DNA of 64,000 nt. Origin: the human T2T-CHM13v2.0 reference genome, Homo sapiens. The position numbers and the translations under genes were made by a program. The first letter of the stretch is position 1. Each line of letters begins with the position of its first letter. The notes under the pieces are model-generated. The model did not search any database and was not told where the DNA came from. It saw only the letters and a program-made list of their open reading frames with translations. Shown piece after piece: positions 1-16,103 of this stretch. The DNA lies in assembly GCF_009914755.1 (NCBI RefSeq), contig NC_060942.1; one strand, given 5' to 3'.

Positions 1-120
1 CAATGGATAATACTTTTTATGCTATTTGCTCTTCTTTAGTGCTATCTCATGGACTGCCTCATTGGTTGTCACAATAATACTGTGAGGTAGGTAGAACAAG
101 TATCAGCATCCCCCATTTGA

Positions 121-454
<334 letters not shown>

Positions 455-1573
455 CTACAGTGTGAGAGAGAGGTGCCCTGTTTGGCCAAAACCAGGAGTA
501 GCACAGAGTCTGCCCTGCACTTTTGGTGTCACCCTAATAATCCTTGGGAAAATTACAGAGTAAGACAAAAAGAAGAACCTTCAAGAAAAGTAGGAATCAA
601 ACACTGCGAGCTATTCTAATTCTAAAGGGTCAAGAGAATAATAGCTTTATCCTGTCACCTAAACAGTTGGGATTCCATTTGAGAACCAACTCTAGTCAGC
701 CTTCAGGCTGGTCCATGATCAAGGACCTACAAGACGAAGTGACAGCCCAGTGACTCTACAAGTTCACCTGTCCCTCATCTCCACAGCCCTGCAGCATCAA
801 TGGGCATGCTGTGAATGCTGGAGGACTGACCAGCATGCCCCGATTGTTCTCTATTACTTGGAGTGTTAAGTCTTATCTCCTTGGCTAGATTGAAAGAATC
901 GGGAATAGAAGCTATATGCTAGAAAGCCATGCACAGCCAGCCACTGTGGCTGTCCTACCTGGTAGCCCAGCTCACATGAGACTGACCCAGGACACCACGG
1001 GACCACTCCAGACCCCCTGTTAACCTTTCCTGGCACATCCAAGCAAAGGGCTGATACTCACTGCAAGGTGGTGCCCCACCTTTCCACAGCCCATCACCAC
1101 CACCACCCTCTTCTCCAGAATCTAGCTCTTTAGGCTAATATGGAAATGAAGAAAAGAGGATTTGTCCACGCATGTGACTGAGGAGATAGTTGGAGAGATG
1201 GTCTTAGGGAAAGGTGGGTACAGTGATGCAAATGTCACCGTTTTCTCTCTTTCTCTCTCTCTCCCAGTCTATCTTTGCTTATCTTCGTAAATTGGCTTCT
1301 TTCCCTCACCCTAATCCAAACAGATTAGATCTATTTGTCATGGGGTACTGCTAAAACCAGGCTTATGTCCTGTCAAGAGTAGCAACCCCAGAGGAAAGAG
1401 CCGCTCACTCCTGCTTCAGTATAGAGAATTCCCAGGGCCAATTCTCATTGGCCCAGCTTGGGTGACATTTCCCTACTTTGACCTGTCATCAGGTGTGAGG
1501 CTGGTGTTAGGATTTTGCAGGGCGGTTAGTCGGGTGTTCAGGAATATGATTGGAATCCCCACCACAAACCCAG

Positions 1574-1633
1574 AATCAACAGGAGCTGGGGCAAATCAAC
1601 AGGAGCTGGGGCAAATCAGCAGGAACTGGGGCA
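1574..1633. repeat. 20-bp tandem repeat x3 (AATCAACAGGAGCTGGGGCA)
   Basis: Two identical units plus a third with 2 substitutions, read directly. Confidence 0.9.
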
Positions 1634-2966
1634 AGGCAGTCTTCCAAAGGAAGGGACTATTGATGATGCAGACACCAACTGTCTACCATGATGGTTTGTT
1701 CTGAAGAGTAACATATGATTTGTGCAGCAGAATTCCTCATAATAATGAAGAAAACAATGAGAGATCATGAATGTTTGACCCCATATATACACACACGTCT
1801 GCACAACTACCTACTGGCAAATTCTCCTGGGGTGAGCAGTGGAATTCAGTTCAGAAGTGATCTTCTTTGGCAGAAACAAGCCAGGAGGAATTCTACGTGA
1901 ACACCATCGTCCCTTGGTGTTATGCCTGGCTCAAGCCAGCATTATCTGTCATTCAGTTTCAGGAGCATCTGACACACCTTTTCATGCTGAGAGCTAATTG
2001 CCCTATTTTCAAACCTGGACCTGTCCCTCCAGTGATATTTTTCCAATTGCAGTGATATATTTGTGTAGCCAGCAAGCACTGCCAAAGCTATAGCTATTCT
2101 GGAGTGTCGTTGGGGTAGGGAGCAGGGGAATTATGCAGCAATACAGTAAACAAAAGTAAAGCCTCTCTGAATAAAAAGTTACAAAGCAATGGTACGCTTT
2201 CCTTAATAACTCATATAATAAAAATAGTTTGCTATCCATTTTTCTAATCTTCATGATATGAGTACACTCTGTCATGGAAGTTATACAGGAACTGCTTACT
2301 TCAAATAATGCAATGACTATATTACAAAAGTAATTAAGTGAGAACCCAAGCAGAGAAGAGCAGTATTTTAACACTTCTTCACAACCAATACAAACCAAAA
2401 CAATCCATAGGTAAGATATAGGAGATAGATAAATAAAAAACCAAGACAATAGGTAGATAAAAATAAATAAGAACCATTGTAGAATACAGAGCTGGATCCC
2501 ACATTTCAATATCTTCCAAAATATCATTTGTGTTGTCTTGGAAGGAGGGAATAATAGATACTCATTTTAACCTGTACTTTGGTTTTATTAATTTGTTACC
2601 AATAGTTATGGATCCCTTGCAATGTATAAAGCATTCTAGCAAGAAGTAGAGAGAATATAAAAAGAAAAAAAGTATAAAATATTCATTTCTGTCCTCCAGG
2701 TGATTACAGTCTAGTTGATGAATTATTCCCAGAGTGTTCATAACAATAAAATTAGGCAAAGTGGATTATATGCCCTGTGAGTGAAATACATATTATTGTC
2801 CTCTGTAATTTAGAAGAAAAATAAATTGTGGCAAGGCTTTTTGGAGGTGTCATTTGGTCCTGGCCTTGAAATGTGGACAGAATTCCATCAATGGGGATGC
2901 GGAGGGGTGGCGGGGACGGGAAGTGCACAGAAGAAGCAGAGGTGAATATGAAAGAAGCAGAAAGTT

Positions 2967-3431
<465 letters not shown>

Positions 3432-3549
3432 TCACATGGTTAACATGGCAACTTGGGAAAATTATTCTTGTCCTTGGTCATGCAGAAGGACATTGTCATT
3501 GGAAGGGAAGGAACTGGGAGCATAACAAATGGCTAGTCAGCTAATTAGG

Positions 3550-3937
3550 TGTACTAGAGGGCTAGGGCTGCCCTAACAAAGTACCACAGACTGAGTGGCT
3601 TAAATGACAGAAATTTACTATTGCACAGTTTTAGAGGCTGGAAGTCTGAGGTCAAGGCGTTGGCAGGATTGGTGTCTTCTGAGGCCTCTCTCCTTGGCTT
3701 GTAGACGGCCGCTTTCTTACTGTGTCCTCACATGGTCTTCTCTCTGTGCATGTCTGTGTCCTAATCTCCTCTTTTTATAAGGACATCAGTTATACCTGTT
3801 GGGGGCTGGCCTGTATGACCTCATTTTACCTTAATTATCTCTTTAAAGACCTGTCTCCAAATATAGTCACATTCTGAAATACTGGGGTTAGGATTTCAAC
3901 ATATGAATTTGGGGGAGACACAATTTAGCCCATAACA
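3550..3937 (-). mobile_element. MaLR solo LTR, MLT1B-like
   Basis: Reverse complement starts TGTTATGGGCTAAATTGTGTCTCCCCC and ends ...GGCAGCCCTAGC...TAGTACA, matching the recalled MLT1B consensus. Confidence 0.88.
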
Positions 3938-4509
3938 GAGGTAATAAAGGCTTGTATTAGGATGGTTTTCTGGGGCATGAAGAAGAAATCAATCTAAAGG
4001 AACAAAAGTGGGCTGACAACTCTTGGGGAGAGACTGGATATATGGGGAAGGGAGAAGGATGCTTGGTGAGGCTGCAGGTAGAGACTGCTTTTTTCTAAAC
4101 AGCAAGGAAAGAAAAGGAAGGAAGCAAAAGGGTAAGGCTAGTGGCCACAGATAAAAGCTTTGTTTGTTAGTATAGGGCAGAGGTCAACACATTGTAGACA
4201 AAGAGGAAGGAGGCAGGAGACAAGACAAAAAGATGACCTAAGGAAGGATACAGGAGGGATTAACACGGGCAAACTTATTAGCTTTAGGTGGGAGTAGGGG
4301 GTGATCTTTCCATTCAGTTAAGATGAGAGAAAAAGGAAAGAGTGCAGATGATTGTGAGGATACATCAAAATGTAGAAGATGGAAAATAAAGGAACTCAAC
4401 ATGGTGGTCCCAATTTTTTTGGTAAAGCACAAGGCAAGATATGGTGGAGGCATCTGGATTCATTCATAAGATTGAGTTTTAAGTTTGTGAGTCAGGAAAG
4501 CCCGTTAGA

Positions 4510-4680
4510 TCCCTTTTCTGCTGTGAGACCCTTTGTACTACATGTGAGCTTCCATGACCTGCTTGCTGCTCTCTGGAACAGGGACCTACTTATCCTGAGC
4601 ACAAATGAGATAATGCATGTAAAAGCACTTTACAAACTGTAAAGAACCCTAAAACCATTGGCTATTATTATTATTTTATT
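4510..4680 (+). mobile_element. MIR fragment
   Basis: AAATGAGATAATGCATGTAAAAGCACTT...CTATTATTATT is a MIR 3' end. Confidence 0.7.
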
Positions 4681-5272
4681 GCTTTATCATGTGAGTGTGA
4701 AGATTACCCACAGCTAAAGCAGACCCTTCAGATCATTCTGGATCCAAATGGATCTCAACCTTCAGAGGTTCTAGGGCCCCTTCCTTGGACAAGATTGGAC
4801 TGAAAAAGACCTAATCTCTATATATGTCAAGACCAGGCTGTGCAGATCTCTTCCCAAGACCTGGGCCAGCGCTTGCTTCCTGCTGTTGGAGCCTGAACCT
4901 GGTACTTTCATAACACAATGCACTAAAGCTTCTCACCAAAGCCTCCAAAGTAATTTTAAGCCCACGCAGTGAGAGGGGATGTGAAGCTAGCTGCCAGCAC
5001 TTCATAAATTACTTCAGTTTCTTGCATTTTTAAATCAGAGTGTCATATTCCCTTCAATTCTAATATATCACTTCAGGACACAATGTCATTTTAAATTTTT
5101 GAAATATTGTAAAAAATATTCTTCACTTCTTTGGTACATATCAATGACTCTTATTACTCAAAAATTACCACTGTTACTCTCCAATTGATGAACAGGTTGG
5201 TTTCCAAAAGTTTATTTGAAGTCAACTGTTTTTCCCAAGAGGAAAATGTTCTACTGTAAAAATGATATACAT

Positions 5273-5570
5273 GGCTGGGCACGGTGGCTCATGCCTGTAA
5301 TCCCAGCACTTTGGGAGGCCGAGGGCGGGCGGATCATGAAGTCAGGAGATCAAGACCATCCTGGCTACTACGGTGAAACTCAGTCTCTACTAAAAATACA
5401 AAAAATTAGCCAGGTATGGTGACAGGTGCCTGTAATCCCAGCTACTCAGGAAGCTGAGGCAGGGGAATCGCTTGAACCCAGGAGGCGGAGGTTGCATTGA
5501 GTCAAGATCGTGCCACTGCGCCACTGCACTCCAGCCTGTGTGACAGAGCAAGACTCAAAAAAAAAAAAAA
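5273..5570 (+). mobile_element. Alu (AluSc-like)
   Basis: Full dimer with A tail; small internal duplication GCCACTGCGCCACTGC. Confidence 0.95.
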
Positions 5571-6177
5571 TAGATATACACGTTGGTTAGGCTTCCAGAT
5601 CAACCTGCAAAATTTCATGTCACCTAAAATAGGATGGGACATCACAGCCTTACCCTATACTGTCCAGAGCTAATTTTCCTTCCACTGGGTTTCTCAGAAG
5701 CAGAGAGGAGATTCTTTCTCAGACATACCAATCTCATTGTCCCCACATTGGGTCATATGTCCATTTTTAAACACTTTCTCTAGGATGGGATGTGCTCATT
5801 GACTTAAGCCAATCAGGAAATGGGGAAGGTATACACTCTCCCTGAAGCTCCTGGACTGTATAGGAAATGGTCAATGCCTGAATGAAAAAGAAAAAGCAAG
5901 AGAGGATAAATGCTGGACAGCCAATGCAGCAATCTCGTTTGCCACACCTGTGCTAGAGAAAGAAGCAAGAGGGAGATGTGTTTTCTCTCCTTTTTCTTGC
6001 TTAAGGCCAGCTTGAAAACCTCCAATTTCCCCATCCTTCCTCTTTGCAACACATCTATGCTTTTACTGAGGCCAAAGTTGTCCACATCAAAACTCCTATT
6101 TTGAAGACTTAGTCCCAAATAACCCATCCAATTCCCCAGAGTATTTCATGCCATCTGTTCCTCTCTTCCACTCTCCC

Positions 6178-6590
6178 TGTCTTAGTCCATTTTGCATGGT
6201 TATAAAAGAATACCTGAGACTGGGTAATTTATAACAGAAAGAGGTTTATTTAGCTCTTGGTTCTGCAGGCTCAAAAATTCAAGGGTACAGCCCTGGCTTT
6301 TTGCGAGAACTTTTATGCTGTGTCACAACATGGCGGAGAAGATAGACACATGCAAATATGGGAAAAACTGAGGGGCATCCAGGCTTTATAACAACCCACT
6401 CTCACAGGAAATAATCTGTTTCTCTGAGAACTAATCCAGTCTCTCAAGGGCAAGAACTCATTACCGTGAGGACAGCACCAAGCCACTCATAAGGGATTCA
6501 CACCCAACACCTCCCACGAGGCCCCACCTCCTAACACCACCACACTGGGGATCAAATTTAGTCAAACAAGCTAGATCCCAAACCATAGTA
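6178..6590 (-). mobile_element. MaLR solo LTR, MSTB-like
   Basis: TGTCTTAGTCCATTTTG...AATACCTGAGACTGGGTAATTTATA...AAACCATAGTA; TSD approx CTCCC/CTACC. Confidence 0.88.
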
Positions 6591-6772
6591 CTACCCCATT
6601 GATGTTGTTGATTTCAGTTGATGTAAGAAGAACAGAGTAAGACACATTAAGGTTGAGAAATCACTAACTCTGATATTTGTGTTTTTAAAGAAGATCATTA
6701 TTTCAGTCCCAAAGTTTCAATACATCACAGGTTGGTGAAATTTCAGGCAGTATAAACACAAATAAATAATAA

Positions 6773-7387
<615 letters not shown>

Positions 7388-7419
7388 TAAGCATATGATA
7401 AATGATAGATGTAAACACA

Positions 7420-7590
7420 CCATATTTCATCAGCTTTAAGTCACCATTGATTATAAGACACACCATTATTTTATATAACATTAAGATGGGGAAACCGTGC
7501 TGCCAGTTATAAGGGCCATCAGTCGAAAATGCATCCCAATTTTAGGGTTAAAAATGAAAGAAAAAAACCATGTATTTTGAATTGATGGAC
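7420..7590. mobile_element. MER104-like non-autonomous Tc2/Kanga DNA transposon
   Basis: Degenerate TIRs CCATATTTCATC...GAATTGATGG; internal TAAGACACACCATTATTTTAT and GCATCCCAATTTTAG motifs. Confidence 0.6.
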
Positions 7591-7809
7591 TTTCTATCCA
7601 AAAAATAGATCATTTTCTAACTAGTTTACTGATGTTTGAGACAAGTAGGTGGGAGAGATAATGTGCCAGGAAGATTTCGAAGGAAGCCCTCACTGCAATT
7701 CAGGACTAGCCTTGCTGATGAAGATTTGAGCCGTTGGTTTTCCTTTTTTTTAAACGAAAAATCCAAGCAGATTCTTTCAATCCCAGGCTTTTTAGACTCT
7801 TCATTTAAA

Positions 7810-8085
7810 AATCCATTAATGGTATATGAGCACATGTTATATTCAAGGCACTGTGCTAAACTCTGTGTAAGGAACAGAGAAATATAAACTATGGTAGCAA
7901 CACTTAAGGTGTTTATAAGTTAGTTGAGAAGAGGAATCATATTGGATGAAAATAAGCACTTAAGAAACAGCATGAACAGTCACATCATGGTCTGAATGGT
8001 GCTGGAAGGATCGCTATGGCCTGGCACATAGGGGAGGTTTTGAAATTGAACTGGATCTTGAAGAATGAGGAGGATTTGGATACTA
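7810..8085 (-). mobile_element. L2 3'-end fragment
   Basis: GAGCAC...AGGCACTGTGCTA and GGATCTTGAAGAATGAGGAGGATTTGG motifs. Confidence 0.55.
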
Positions 8086-8985
8086 GTGATGGATGCTCTA
8101 TGCTTTGCACTTTGGGGGTCTCATTTTAGAGCATAGCTAGCAGGAGGAAGAGCAAAGTATGCTGGTAACAACTCATCAGACACCTCCATGGAGCCAGCCA
8201 ATTGTTTAACGCCTTCTATCTCATCTTTGTAGAGAATTCAGCTAGACAGTCCAAGGGACAGTGAGTAGTAGATGGGATTAGTTTCCTCTGTGTAAACCAA
8301 ATTACTTCTCTTTGGCTGGTGAATTTAAGTGAGATTCCTCTAATTCAATTTTTTAGCCATGCATCCTGGTTGATTCAATTCTCTTCCCACCTCCCTCCCA
8401 CAATCTATTTCTTCATGGGACCTGTTGGTAGAGCTGTTAGATAATGAGATAGAAAGTACCAGGAAGTATTTTGAGAGAGTTTGATAAAGGAGTCAGGAGT
8501 GTCCATACTAAACCCTTGATCACAGCCCCCTCCTATGTCTCTGAGGGACAGTGATTAGCAAAATCAAAGGCTAAGGATTGTTTGAATTGCCTATGGCTTT
8601 ATCCCAAATCTCAAAGCAGAACTCCACTATGCGGGGCTGGAGCTGGATCTGGCAAACACTCATTTGTCCAGGCCTGGGATCTAAGTAGCTGCTTTTCCCT
8701 CCCTGCAAGAAACTAAATTTCAGATTATTCTGCTCCACCAAGAAAGACCAAATATATATATTCCAGAATACATAAGAACTAGACCAGAGAGTTCTCATTT
8801 CCTAGGAAAAACGTATGTGTAACTCCAAGCTCAACCCACGTGAAAACGTGGCTTTTTCTGGTGCTCCAGCATGTGGGCCAATGTGGGCAGTGATGGTGGA
8901 GTCAAGGGGACAGAGACAACTCCTCTTTCCTAGGGAGTCACAGGAGTGACTCTCATTTCTGACCCCAAAATTAGAATACACCGAC

Positions 8986-9409
8986 TGTCAAGGAATACAA
9001 TCTGCCAATCTAAAAGAAAGAAATTGAGGCAAAAGTAATATAAGTAGAGAGTTTATATGGGCCAGACTTGAGAATCACAACCCTGGAGCCTAGATTCAAG
9101 TTGCCCTGAATATACACTCTTATTAGTGGTAGTTACAAGTGGATTTTCAAAGGAGAACAGGAGGAAATTATTTAGTTGTTTTCCAGAAATTTCACTAAAA
9201 TAGCATAAGCTATTGATTGGCAATACATTGTTCTTTGTATCACAAATTCCAGGAACACGAAGATAATGGGCTAGGCAGTTAGTTGGGAACAAAATGACTT
9301 TAAACAATTGCCCCTGGACATGGGCATGACTGAAGCCGCATATTCATTTCTCTCTGGGCCTGCAAATGTCACAGAGCTCAGACTGCCCAGAGCTGTTTTT
9401 CTTTTCTCA
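8986..9409 (-). mobile_element. ERV1 (MER4-group) solo LTR
   Basis: TG...CA ends; GAGAGTTTATATGGGCCA...TAGATTCAAGTTGCCCTGAATATAC motif; reverse complement begins TGAGAAAAGAAAA; subfamily not resolved. Confidence 0.65.
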
Positions 9410-9501
9410 AACTTAAATCACATATGATTCTCTTTCTAATGAATATCATTTATTGAAAAGAATAAAGTATGTGAAAATCTACACCACAGAGCCAAGGAAA
9501 G

Positions 9502-9559
9502 TGTGTTAGTGTTCTCCAAAAAACAGAACCAGTAGGATAGATGGATGGACGGATGGACG

Positions 9560-9625
<66 letters not shown>

Positions 9626-10113
9626 TAGATAAAAGAAGATTTATTGTGGAAATTTGCTCACATGATTATGAAGGCTGAGAAGTCCCAATATGAGAATATG
9701 AGAAGTGACAATATGTCATCTGCAAGCTGGTATGCCAGGAAGGCTGATGGTGTGATTCAGTCAGGCCAAAGGCCCAAGAACAGGGATTGGAGTCAGGCAC
9801 TGTTGTAAGTCCCAGAGTCTGAAGGCCCTGAGAATCAGGAGCCCCAATGTCTGAGGACAGGAAAAGAGGGCTGACTCTGCTGAAGAGGAGAGAGCACAAA
9901 TCGCCCTTCATCTTTTTATTTGATCTGGGTCCTGCATAGATTGGATGAGGCCCATTCACACTGGTGAGGGCGGATCTGCTTTACTCAGTCCACTGATTCA
10001 AATCCTCATCTCTTCCAGAAACACCCTCACAGACACACCCTGAAGCAATGTGTTACCAGCTATCTGAGCATCCCTTAACCCAGTCAAGTTGACACAAAAA
10101 ATTAACCATTACA
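9502..10113 (-). mobile_element. MLT2 (ERVL) solo LTR
   Basis: GTTCTCC...AACAGAACCAGTAGGAT start, CCAGTCAAGTTGACAC...ATTAACCATTACA end; perfect 5-bp TSD GAAAG. Confidence 0.92.
9536..9630. repeat. Compound tetranucleotide STR: GATG/GACG units, then (ATAG)12(ACAG)4 ATAGAT
   Basis: Counted directly; lies within MLT2. Confidence 0.95.
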
Positions 10114-10920
10114 GAAAGAGATTAAATATTCTGTGAATTTTTATAATCATGTTTCAGACTAAAACAAAAGAAAAAATATTCTCTTCAAAGACAAGCTGGG
10201 GAGGAGAACAATGAAGATCTCCTGAAATATCAGAATTGCTGCGACAGCTCTGTACTTGCTTCACTCTTTGGGCTATGCAGACATGAACAACTGGGTCAGC
10301 TCCTAGCTCGAAATTTCTGCTGTCTTCCCTTCCTACCCTTGCTTTCGCTTACAGCCGTCAGGGAGCACCGTCATGACCCGGCAACTCTGGCTTCATCTAA
10401 AATGTTAAATAGTCAAAGGTCCTAGCCGGTTCTTTACTTACCCATTGTTTTAAATCTATCAGCCAATTGTAGAACATAAGGCTGCAAGTCACGTCATTCC
10501 ATTGGGGCAAAAAATTATGGATCCTTAGTCTTAAAAAAAGATTCTAGTCAAAGATTCACCTTCCCGTTACATTAAAAAATAATGTGGCCAGTGAGAGACT
10601 CCCGTTTCTCAGCACGAGCTTGTGTGGAGCTCCAAGCTCCATCCTCTGGAAAATGAGACCAGCTCTCCCACCTAGAATGTGATTACCCGGTCGGCACCCT
10701 GGCTTCCTGAGGGTGAGAGAAGGTAGGGGCATGGCTTCTTTTCCTGAAAGGCAGAAGTCACGCCATCTGGGAAACTTCTAGATTCCCACCACTGTTCATC
10801 CCCTGCCTCCTCCAGACCCTTAAGCCTGATCCTGATGGTTCTTGCCTCAGCTGGAGGCTCCCTAGAATACTTATGTCCACCACGGTCAGGTCACAGGAGT
10901 CATGAAAAAATTACATATGA

Positions 10921-11110
10921 TTACACACACCTAAATGCGTATACATGCACACACACACATACACATGGACACATACACTTTTGCACACCCAAGTGCACAC
11001 ACATGTGCATGCACATGCACATAATGAACACACCCCCCCACAAATGCTCCCATGCACACACACATATGTGCACACACGTACATGCTTGCACATACATATA
11101 CACACATACC
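10921..11110. repeat. CA-rich degenerate purine-pyrimidine low-complexity tract
   Basis: ACACAC/TGCAC/CATG mosaic. Confidence 0.85.
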
Positions 11111-12056
11111 ATTAAAAATGCATTAGAATGCTTCCTTTCAGAAGCAAAATCCTGGCTCTTCCTCCTAGCATTTCCTGTGTGAGTTTGCAGTTACAGACGG
11201 TGTTGCAGTCAGTCCAATGCTGTAAATAATACTCTCCAACGAAATGACACCTGCTAGAAAGTTACTTCTTTATGGGTTTCAGAATACAGGGTTGGAGTAG
11301 GGGGAAGAATGAAAGATAGATTTGAGCTCTTCAAACATCACTCTATTGATTTATGTAGGAAAAAGTCTGGAATCTGTCAAAGCACACAGCACTATGTTAA
11401 ATGTAAAATGTAATACCAGCTGTGGTAGCCCCTGCTGCCAATACATATATTTCAGGAACTCAATTTACTTTTAAATGGAATTTTAACTTCAGTGAAAGGA
11501 GTCACAGTGAATCCCTTATTTATATGAAAACTGTCTTCAGCAGAGAACAATGCATGTGCTCTCCCAGTCTCTAGAAATAGGAAATTAGACAAACTTCAGG
11601 AGAAAATGTGTTTTCTCAATTATTTATTTACACCCCAGGATGGGGTCAGGGAGAGGTGGGGAGGTTGGATTACGTGGGGTGGGGCTGTCAGCTTTCCAAT
11701 TTCTGGTTCCATCCTGGGTGCTTTGTGCTGGAGCTTCTTTCTTCAGTGGAATGTGAGAAGCCCCCTCCTCAGGACTTGGGGCTGCCTGTAGGTGACCTGG
11801 ATGGGGAGAGACCCATTGCTGGTTCTCAGACACTTCTCGCATCTACGTAAGCAGGAGCCTCAGAGGTCCTGAGCCGGTGCGTACTAACGACTCTGGTGAA
11901 TTGGTGACATCTGCATGCTCAATTAGCTGAGACACTGGTTTGTTTTGGCACAAGGTATTTGGTCTAACACCTTGAAAAAAAGTGTACCATAGCCACCCTG
12001 TCACTGGGATGAAGATGACCTAAGTCAACAGCAATTCTGATCACTGCACATTTTTA

Positions 12057-12759
<703 letters not shown>

Positions 12760-13629
12760 CTAATTAGAATCTGAAAATAAATTCTCCGCTGTGAAATCTG
12801 TATCATTTAATCATCAAATTACATATCCCATTCACATTAGTCTTCATATTGTGAGGCTTTTAATATAAATGTAAGCATAGAATGGATTACATGCTTTTAG
12901 TTTGATAACATGAACACTGATACATGCTTTTGGAAAGATTATAAAGAAATCACTTAGGCACCACAGATCTGCCCCAGCCCCTGAAACAATGTCCATGGTA
13001 GCTTTGGGGAAATGCACACAAGAGCACGGAGAAGCTGCCACCCCCCAACCCACAACACCCAAAACAGCTTTGAATAGGCCTAGTTTCTCCCAGCAAAACA
13101 CACACCCAAAGCATTCCTTTTCAAAAATACACATCTATCAGAATCATGAGAGATTTAAGGTCTGATTTATCCCTGGATTTGTTTCCTTTCTTTTAGGCTG
13201 CAGGTGCCTCGGTATATATTATATTATAAGCTGATTAATTTTCTCCATTTTGGCTACAAAAGACATTTGATTCTACTTGTTTTAGATTTCAAAGCTCAGT
13301 CTTTCTGGATGGGCAAGCACTTTGAGTGTTCAAAACAGACTTACAGGCTATTATTCTCTGTCCTTAATCTCAGTGAAACAATACCTGGATTTGCTGCCCC
13401 TGCCTCTTCAGCCTGTCTCGTCTCGACTCCTCCCAAATCCAGAGCTTGCAGCTGGCAAGTACAAGACAGAGACTTAAAAATCTAATCGAGCAAGGACCCA
13501 GAGATATGCCTGGTGCTGCCATTGTTTCAAGTGCATCTTCCTCCTGTTACTCTTAAGCCAGGGTGAAGGAGAGCTGCCAAGACCTCTTGGTTGCAGGCCC
13601 CCAGCAGAGTCTTCTCTCTGAGTAGCACT

Positions 13630-13825
13630 TGGTCTGTTTATCCCAGCTCTGCACCTACTAGTTGAGAGAACCGGGGTAACTAACTTCCACTTCCCCAGCT
13701 TCAGTTTTCTCATCTCCAATGGTGACATAATTGTACCTGTCCTATGGGTTGTTTTGGGAATTAAATGAGGAATCCTTGAATCGTGCCTAACACCATACCA
13801 GGCACATGGTGAGCATCCTTATGTC
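13630..13825 (+). mobile_element. MIR
   Basis: TCCCAGCTCTGCACCTACTAG...CTTCAGTTTTCTCATCT...ATTAAATGAG...GGCACATGGTGAGC core. Confidence 0.85.
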
Positions 13826-14696
13826 ATCCTTTAGGGAATTGCAATCATGCTCATATCTGCATCTCTTGCCTCTATTGATTCCCATCCATTGCCCTGTGGC
13901 CTCCAGGGGCCAACAAAATGCTATTTCCTTTCCTCTCTACCCATATTATTACAGGTGTAGGGGGCCATTTCTTAAAGACACCTCTCACCCTTCTCACACA
14001 TGAGGGCTCTGGCTGTCCTTAAGACACCCATAATTCAGCCAGCTCAGAACCTGTGACTGTTTCTCTCCTGTCCCCAGGAACCCAGTGGATATTTTAGACC
14101 CCCCAGCTGGCACTCAGCTGCTCAGGAAGTCTCTGCAAGTTTTGCTTCCTGCCCTCTGCTCAAACCCTCCGCTCTGGTCTGGGATCTCCATCCCACACAC
14201 TAGTGCTTGTCTGGGCACTGCTCACCCTGCTCCTTCCATCAGCCCAGACCCCAAATCCCTACCCAAGCCCATGGCCCCAGAACCCCGAGTTTGCTGTGGA
14301 GGTGGGGAGGAGCTAGACAACCAGAATGGGCATTATCGTCAGACTTCCTTCACAGAGAAACCCACTTCTGCTCACAGAGGCTGCGAGGGCTTCCTGAGTT
14401 CTCCCAGATGGTGACCACACTGGTCAACTCATTCCAAAAACAATCTGAGCATTAAGTAGTCCAAAGAATCATTGTTTCTAAGTTTGTGAGAAAGGATGTT
14501 GATAGTTTGATAGGAACAATGGTGAATCTGTAGATTGCTTTGGGCACTATGGTCATTTTCACAATATTGATTCTTATAATCCTTGAGCATGGGATGTATT
14601 TCCTTTGTCTGTGTCAGCTGTGATTTCTTTCAGCAGTGTTTGTTAGTTCTCCTTGTAGAGATCTTCCACCTCCTTGGTTAGATGTATTCCTAGGTA

Positions 14697-15352
<656 letters not shown>

Positions 15353-16103
15353 AGTATTTTATTTTTTTATGGCTATTGTAAATGGGACCGCATTCTTGAT
15401 TTGGCACTTTGCTTGAACATTATTGGTAGAAATGCTACTGATTTTTGTACATTGATTTTGTATCCTGAAACTTTACTGATGTTATTTATTATTTCCAAGA
15501 GTCTTTTGGTGGTTTCTTCAGGGTTTTCTAGGTATAGAATCATATGGTCAGCAAAAAGATAGTTTGACTTCTTTTCCTGTTTAAATGCCTTTTATTTCTT
15601 TCTCTTGCCTAATTGCTCTGGCTAGGACTTCTAGTACTATGTTAAATAGGACTGGTGAGAGTGGGCAACCTTGTCTTGTTCCAGTTCTTAAAGGGAATGG
15701 CTCCAGTTTTTGCCCATTTAGTGTAATGTTGACTATGTGTTTGTCAAGGAAGGCTCTTATTATTTTGAGGTATGTTCCTTTGATGCCTAGTTTCTTGAGG
15801 GTTTTTATCATGAAGGGATGTTGAATTTTATCAAAACTTTTCCATGTCTATTAAGATAATCATACAGTTTTTGTTTGTAATTCTGTTTATGTGGTGAATC
15901 ACATTTATTGATTCATATACATTGAACCAACCTTGGATCCCAGGAATGAAGCCTACTTGATCATGGTGAATTAATTGTTTGATGTGCCACTGGATTTGGT
16001 TTGCCAATATTTCATTGAGGATTTTTGCGTCTATATTCATCAGGGATATTGTCCTATAGTTTTATTTTTTTGTGACGTCTTTGCCAGGTTTTGTTAGCAG
16101 GCT

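Noticed and set aside
2009-2527. 172-aa hydrophobic ORF resembling a membrane protein
   Set aside because: F/I/L/Y bias is expected from a T-rich strand, and there is no recognisable family motif.
11882-11888. Perfect TACTAAC branch-point motif
   Set aside because: No polypyrimidine tract or suitably placed AG follows, and a 7-mer is expected by chance in 64 kb.
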